A stretch of DNA of 43,427 nucleotides from Kiritimatiellia bacterium (lineage in GTDB: Bacteria > Verrucomicrobiota > Kiritimatiellia > SLOV01): NCBI GenBank assembly GCA_007132345.1, contig SLOV01000138.1, positions 1 through 43,427 of the forward strand, written 5' to 3'. Under the pieces are notes generated by a model. That model was not told the DNA's origin, made no database searches, and saw only the letters and a program-made list of their open reading frames with translations. Every line of letters starts with the position of its first letter. Position 1 is the first letter of the stretch. Below, in pieces: positions 38,147 through 43,427 of the stretch. The position numbers were made by a program, and so were the translations under genes.

Positions 38147-38866
38147 ATGAAGGGGCCGTTCACCTACCATGGAAACGAACTCGAGCTATTTGCGGAGGCG
38201 AAGCATTGGAAGCGCTACATCTACAACCAGATGGCAGCCTATCTGGGCGACGAAGTGCTTGAAGTCGGCGCGGGCTATGGTGGATCGACGGTGCATCTTG
38301 CCAGGAAACAGGCCGACCGCTGGGTCTGCCTGGAACCTGACCCGGAGTTGGCCGCGCAACTGCGACTGCGTCTGGACAGGGGTGAGTGCCCGTCCTTTTG
38401 TGAAGTCCGGATCGGTACGCTTGATGGGCTTGCGGCCGATGACCGCTTTGATTCGCTCATCTATCTGGACGTCATGGAACACATCGAAGACGACATAGCG
38501 GAATTCTGCGCGGCGGTTCATCATCTGAAGCCAGGCGGCCATCTGGTCGTGTTGGCCCCGGCTCATCAGTGGCTGTTTACGCCGTTCGATCGGACCCTCG
38601 GGCACTTCCGTCGATACGACCGAAAGACGATGCGTCAATTCACGAATGGCGATGTTGAACTCGTGCGCCTCGATTATCTCGATAGCGTCGGGTTCATGGC
38701 GTCCCTGGCCAACCGACTGGTCCTTAAACAGCCGATGCCAACCCGGCGCCAGGTGCGGATATGGGACCGACTGATGGTGCCCTTCTCCAGAGTCCTTGAC
38801 CGGATCTTGTTTCATCGTGTCGGCAAGAGCGTTCTGGGTGTCTGGAAACGAAACGGAAGGACTTGA
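38147..38866 (+). CDS. Class I SAM-dependent methyltransferase
   Basis: LEVGAGYG, DVMEHIEDD, LKPGG, D...GHFRRY. Confidence 0.9.
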   Translation: MKGPFTYHGNELELFAEAKHWKRYIYNQMAAYLGDEVLEVGAGYGGSTVHLARKQADRWVCLEPDPELAAQLRLRLDRGECPSFCEVRIGTLDGLAADDRFDSLIYLDVMEHIEDDIAEFCAAVHHLKPGGHLVVLAPAHQWLFTPFDRTLGHFRRYDRKTMRQFTNGDVELVRLDYLDSVGFMASLANRLVLKQPMPTRRQVRIWDRLMVPFSRVLDRILFHRVGKSVLGVWKRNGRT

Positions 38867-38869
38867 CCT

Positions 38870-40765
38870 ATGCAAACGAACCTTTCTCAGCCAACAATTT
38901 CGAAGGCGCTCTTTGCCGTTGCTGCGATTGCGATTGGCGTGGCGGGCCTCCTGCCATGGTTCTTCGCTCAACAGAGGTTTCCCGAAGAGCCGATCACCGT
39001 CACGTCCCTGTACCGCAGTGCGGGGGGCGAGATCGAATATTACCCGATCATTGCCGAATTGGCCGAAGGAACTTCTTATGGAACCACCGTCAAGGAATAC
39101 GAAGGACTCATCACGCGGTCGTTTCCGAATACAACCGTGGCCATTCATGCCCTGGGCCTGGCCTGTTTCGGCGCGTGGGGCCTGGCGGTCGCGGACGTGG
39201 TGATCGGATGGATCTATTTTGCGGTGGTCTTTCTATTCTTCCGCACCCTTCGAATGAGTCCGTATGCGAGCTTTCTGGCGGCGCTGTTTTTATCGCTGCG
39301 GATCCCTGAGGCTTTGCATGGCCTCGGACTTCCCGGACCCTGGGGGGCGTTTGCGGGCATTTGGACTTCGCGCCTTCCCCGCCCCATCATGACCGAACCG
39401 CTCTTCCTGCTGGCGATCATTTCCACCATGAAACTGATGTTTTCAAAAGAGCCCGCGCGGTTTCGCTATTGGTTCTTCCTGGGACTGACGTACGGCATAC
39501 CGGTACATGGCGATATACACGCAGCCATCATTCTGGTGCTCGCCAGCCCGATTCTCCTCTTCCTGTTACGCAGGATGCCTGTGCGGGACCTCGCACGAGG
39601 AGTCGGGGTTTCCATGATTCCCTATGTGGCTCTCTTGATCCCTTTCGTGCTGAAGCGGGTGCAGGAGCATCCCGATATCGCGCTTCGTCTGGGGGTGATT
39701 CCAGTGGATCGCTTGCGCCCTGTCTGGCTTCCGCAAGACGTCACCCAGTTCGTCTTTGCCACGGCGATTTTTGCGATCACCCTTCTGTTCCTGCGATGGA
39801 GCCGCTCGAAGAAATGGAAACCGCTATTGGACGACCACGGGCTCGAATTCGGACGCCTCGCCTTTCTTGCCGGCTTCATTCTCATCGCCTTCTGGAGCGC
39901 ACCGATCTCCAGTCTGTTGCTGGGGCGAACGATTCAGCCCTACCATTTCGGTTGGCGCGCGGGCACCTTGCTTCTCTATTTCTGTTTCCTGCTGGGGATC
40001 AATGTTGCCGATATCGCCCTCGGCGAGTTCAATCGTCGGTCACCAATCGCGTTGCGCGGGCCGGTGGGCGTGCTCGCCGCCGTCAGCGCCATGCTGGCTG
40101 TCGCCGTGCCGCACGGGGCCACCCGCTCCACTCTGGTTGCCCACGAAGGCCACATCAAGAGCCCGTACAGCTACCTTGACGCGCTGGGACCTTCCTATCG
40201 CAAATCCTTATCCGAACTCGCGGTCTTCATGGAGAGCATTCCCGACAACTCGGTCGTCGGGGGCTTTGACCTGTCGGTTTATGCATGGTGGCCGACCTTT
40301 CGCGATGGATACTGGTTTCTTGTAGGCCCGTTCGTATCCTCGATCCCTGACGACGAGCTGGAGGAGAGACTGATCCTGTTCTGCAAGCTTCTGCAGATGA
40401 CGCCAGCCGAGTTTGTGGAATTCATTCAGCGGGTCGATGTGAACTTGTTCTGGCTGGGGTCCGCGAAGTACCAGGCGACTTCGGTCTACACGTTCGGCGC
40501 CTTCGAGGACTACACGCCGGAGCAACAGCGCCTCATTGAAGAATCCACCGCGCGGGATATGTGGAACGTCATGATTCCCCAGAGCGAGCTTGCACGGCTC
40601 AGGCAGAGGTTCGAAACGACCTCACTCGCCGGGATGAGCACGCGGCAGTTGGATGTCATCGTCCTCACCAACAATGACGAAGATCGACCTTTCGCGCCAC
40701 TATCGGGCGAATGGATAAAGGAATTCGAAAACGACGTCTTTCGCGTCTTTATCCGCAACGGGTGA
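38870..40765 (+). CDS. Polytopic membrane protein, possible GT-C glycosyltransferase
   Basis: N-terminal TM then acidic loop (GEIEYYP), about ten TMs, soluble C-terminal domain; operonic with GT2 and methyltransferase. Confidence 0.65.
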   Translation: MQTNLSQPTISKALFAVAAIAIGVAGLLPWFFAQQRFPEEPITVTSLYRSAGGEIEYYPIIAELAEGTSYGTTVKEYEGLITRSFPNTTVAIHALGLACFGAWGLAVADVVIGWIYFAVVFLFFRTLRMSPYASFLAALFLSLRIPEALHGLGLPGPWGAFAGIWTSRLPRPIMTEPLFLLAIISTMKLMFSKEPARFRYWFFLGLTYGIPVHGDIHAAIILVLASPILLFLLRRMPVRDLARGVGVSMIPYVALLIPFVLKRVQEHPDIALRLGVIPVDRLRPVWLPQDVTQFVFATAIFAITLLFLRWSRSKKWKPLLDDHGLEFGRLAFLAGFILIAFWSAPISSLLLGRTIQPYHFGWRAGTLLLYFCFLLGINVADIALGEFNRRSPIALRGPVGVLAAVSAMLAVAVPHGATRSTLVAHEGHIKSPYSYLDALGPSYRKSLSELAVFMESIPDNSVVGGFDLSVYAWWPTFRDGYWFLVGPFVSSIPDDELEERLILFCKLLQMTPAEFVEFIQRVDVNLFWLGSAKYQATSVYTFGAFEDYTPEQQRLIEESTARDMWNVMIPQSELARLRQRFETTSLAGMSTRQLDVIVLTNNDEDRPFAPLSGEWIKEFENDVFRVFIRNG

Positions 40766-40775
40766 GGGTCGAAGT

Positions 40776-42026
40776 TTATTGTGGCCGCTCGTCGAGTTGC
40801 CAGTGGTGGGGCGGGTGGAGGACACCCTTGTTGTTGCCGGTCGGTAATACGGTCAAGGGGTAGGTGTGCCAGTGATAATCGTAGGCGTAGTCCCAGTTCT
40901 TCGTGTAGGCCCCCACGTCGACGTAATAGAGGCCGCCTTTTAGATCGAGGCGCTCCATGTGAAGCGTGATCCGCCCCTCCCCGTGGAGCACCGGCATGCT
41001 GATGCCTGCGGCGGCCGTGCTCAGGTCGGCGCAGACCTGCTCGTCTTCTGTGCTGATGGTCACGCCAAAGGTCGGTGCCTCGATTCGCTTTGGTGCCGAA
41101 TACGCGATTTCGACACACAGCGGCTCACCACTGCGAATCTCGTTCACCGGACGATTATGCCGATCGAGGATCTGTACGGCAGCGATTTCCAATTCCATGG
41201 AGCCAAAACGATTCTCGCGCACGCGTAGCTCACGCCCTGATGCCGCGATTCGTGCGGGCCAGTCGATCGGTGTGTGGCGCCGGGTTTCCGTTTCCATTTC
41301 GGCGACATACTGGTCAACAATCTCATCCGGATCGCCCTGCCCGACCAGCCGCCCGCGCCTCAGCCATAATGCCTTGTCACACAGTTTCCGGATCTGCCCC
41401 ATGTCGTGAGAAACCATAAGGATGGCACTGTTCTCGCTCTTGAACTGATCGATCCGCTCGAGACATTTCTTCTGAAACGCGAGATCGCCAACTGCCAGGA
41501 CCTCATCGACCAGCAGCACGTCGGGCGCCGTGTGGACACCGATCGCAAACGCCAGTCGTAATTGCATGCCGGTGCTGAAGGTGCGTAGCGGGCTGTCGAT
41601 AAACTTCTCAAGCTCCGCGAATGCCACAATGGAATCCAGGCGTTGTGCCACCTGGCGCCGGGTGAGCCCCCCGATCACGCCGCTGATGAAGATATTCTCG
41701 CGCGCGGTCAACTCGGGGTGGAAGCCCGTACCGAGCTCGAGCAGTGCGGCGATGCGCCCCCGGATCCTCACCTTTCCTTGGTCGGGCCGGCCCACACCGC
41801 CGATGAGCCGGAGCAAGGTCGATTTTCCGGCGCCATTCCCGCCAACGATGCCGGCGATCTCGCCGGGCTCGACGGCGAAGCTCACGTCATGCAGCCCCCA
41901 GAAGCGTTCCACGGCCCGTAGACGATAGGAGCGGCGCACGAAAACCTCTTTGAGTGTGCGTGGCCGGTCCGTGTGATAGCGGCGGAACTGCTTGCCGAGT
42001 CCTTCCACAACGATTGCGGGTGGCAT
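40776..42026 (-). CDS. wzt: Polysaccharide ABC transporter ATPase with C-terminal Wzt_C-like domain
   Basis: GGNGAGKST, GFHPELTAREN, FSTGMQLRLAF, LLVDEVLAVGD, long C-terminal extension after RFGS. Confidence 0.93.
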   Translation of the reverse strand: MPPAIVVEGLGKQFRRYHTDRPRTLKEVFVRRSYRLRAVERFWGLHDVSFAVEPGEIAGIVGGNGAGKSTLLRLIGGVGRPDQGKVRIRGRIAALLELGTGFHPELTARENIFISGVIGGLTRRQVAQRLDSIVAFAELEKFIDSPLRTFSTGMQLRLAFAIGVHTAPDVLLVDEVLAVGDLAFQKKCLERIDQFKSENSAILMVSHDMGQIRKLCDKALWLRRGRLVGQGDPDEIVDQYVAEMETETRRHTPIDWPARIAASGRELRVRENRFGSMELEIAAVQILDRHNRPVNEIRSGEPLCVEIAYSAPKRIEAPTFGVTISTEDEQVCADLSTAAAGISMPVLHGEGRITLHMERLDLKGGLYYVDVGAYTKNWDYAYDYHWHTYPLTVLPTGNNKGVLHPPHHWQLDERPQ

Positions 42027-42803
42027 CTACAGCTCCTCCACAAAGCGGTAACTCAGGTGTACAAACACGGTGTGGCCGACCACCAGCAGTACCACGGCCA
42101 ACACGCTGAGCTGCAGTAAACTCAGAGCCGTGGGGGAGGTGCCGTCCAGCAGGATGACCCGATAGGCCTGTACCAGATGCATCATCGGGTTGAGACGATA
42201 CATCGGCTGGAAACGCTCCGGCACCAGGCTGATGTCATAGAAGATGGGGGTAAGGAAGAAGAGCAACTGCAGGAGCACCCCCATCAGATGCTCGATGTCA
42301 CGGAAGAGCACATTGCCCGCGGCGACGAGATAGCCAAGGCCCAGTGTGAAGACAAACTGGATCGCGATCACGACGGGCAATAGCAGCGTCACGCGGCCCG
42401 GAACGGTGCCTTCAAAGAAAAGAAAAATCATCAGTAGAGGGAGCGCGAAAAGCAGGTGGACCAGGTTGGTGGTCACGGTGACAACAGGCAAGACCGGTGC
42501 GGTGAAGCCGGGCCACCGGATCAACTCGCGGCTGTCCGTGATGGACCCGGACGCCTGCAACACAGAGGATTGAAACCACGTATAGACCAGCATCCCCGTG
42601 AAGGCGAAGGGGCCAAAGCGCGGAATGTCCAGCGCCAGGGCCACCTTGAAAAGAAAATAGAAGACCGTGAGAAACATGAGCGGGTTCACGAGGGCCCACG
42701 CAAACCCGAGAACGGAGCGTTTGTAACGCACTTTCAGGTCGCGAACGACCAACTCCCGCAAGAGGTCGTGCAGATAGACCAGCCGCTGCAGTTCGATCTT
42801 CAT
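42027..42803 (-). CDS. wzm: Polysaccharide ABC transporter permease
   Basis: RDLKVRYKRSVLGFAWALVNPL, FRD, FLTPIFY, LNP. Confidence 0.93.
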   Translation of the reverse strand: MKIELQRLVYLHDLLRELVVRDLKVRYKRSVLGFAWALVNPLMFLTVFYFLFKVALALDIPRFGPFAFTGMLVYTWFQSSVLQASGSITDSRELIRWPGFTAPVLPVVTVTTNLVHLLFALPLLMIFLFFEGTVPGRVTLLLPVVIAIQFVFTLGLGYLVAAGNVLFRDIEHLMGVLLQLLFFLTPIFYDISLVPERFQPMYRLNPMMHLVQAYRVILLDGTSPTALSLLQLSVLAVVLLVVGHTVFVHLSYRFVEEL

Positions 42804-42840
42804 GGGCCGCGGCTCCCGATCCTGGAATGGGCATGTTCCG

Positions 42841-43425
42841 TCATCTCTGATCCGCCTTCCCCGCACTATCCGCCACGGCGGTTGCCGATCGCTGCGAGAC
42901 GGGGACGTAGGGGCCGCTGCGCCCCTCCCGCCGGACGCGCCGCCGCGATTTCCAGAGGGCCCAGGGGCCGACGAGCGTTCCCATCATTTCGAGCATGACC
43001 AGGGATACCGGATAGACGGTTCGGCCAAGCAGGCGCTGCTTGATTCGGCCCAACTGCGAGCGCGGCAGGGAATAGAGCAGTCGCGTCAAGGCCCGCGGAT
43101 CATGGTCACGCAGCAAGGTGGTGAGATGATACGCGACATGGCCCTTGCTGTAGTTGTAGATCTGATGGCGCAGCGCCGACATTTCCCGGCGATGGGTGTG
43201 CCAGACATACGCGTCCGGCGCATAGACCAGTCGAAAGCCCGCCCGGATGATCTTGTAAAACAGGTAGGTATCTTCACCGACACCACTCGGCATACCAGGG
43301 CCCAGTGCTTCGTCCATGAGACCCACCTGGGGATGGTGGAAGAGAGACGAACGAAAAGCCGCATTCGCGGTGGAACCGAGCTCCCAAGTCGGCACGGCGT
43401 GACGCCTGAAGTACCGGAACCAGTG
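42841..43425 (-). CDS. GT2 glycosyltransferase, C-terminal part (truncated by window edge)
   Basis: GSTANAAFR, MDEALGPG, GEDTYL, VWHTH; frame open to window end. Confidence 0.85.
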   Translation of the reverse strand, partial: HWFRYFRRHAVPTWELGSTANAAFRSSLFHHPQVGLMDEALGPGMPSGVGEDTYLFYKIIRAGFRLVYAPDAYVWHTHRREMSALRHQIYNYSKGHVAYHLTTLLRDHDPRALTRLLYSLPRSQLGRIKQRLLGRTVYPVSLVMLEMMGTLVGPWALWKSRRRVRREGRSGPYVPVSQRSATAVADSAGKADQR

Positions 43426-43427
43426 GA

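Overview
GC-rich bacterial window, probably PVC superphylum (Kiritimatiellota/Lentisphaerae/Verrucomicrobia-like); this is an inference from RNase Y, GTAG-type REP-like hairpins and the style of the secreted proteins. (1) 1-6.8 kb is housekeeping: a partial CIA30 gene on the plus strand, and on the minus strand pheT > putative 6S RNA > rarA > 5-formyl-THF cyclo-ligase > rny, with no pheS or zapAB. (2) 7-10.5 kb holds a GT-C-like membrane protein / GtrB-like GT2 / methyltransferase trio. (3) 10.5-22.6 kb holds secreted proteins and one orphan fragment sharing a C-terminal motif, an HtrA protease paired with an apparently inactive protease-PDZ paralogue, and a decayed accessory patch. That patch contains a DUF433/DUF5615 toxin-antitoxin pair, CopG and RhuM fragments, REP doublets and a 133-bp MITE with a 9-bp target duplication. 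(4) 23-43.4 kb is a surface polysaccharide locus: nonulosonic acid genes (neuA/neuB/neuD-like), SDR and Gfo/Idh/MocA oxidoreductases, a CBS-aminotransferase fusion, wzx, an atypical wzc, a second GT2/methyltransferase/GT-C trio, and wzm/wzt. All calls come from reading motifs by eye; no searches were run.
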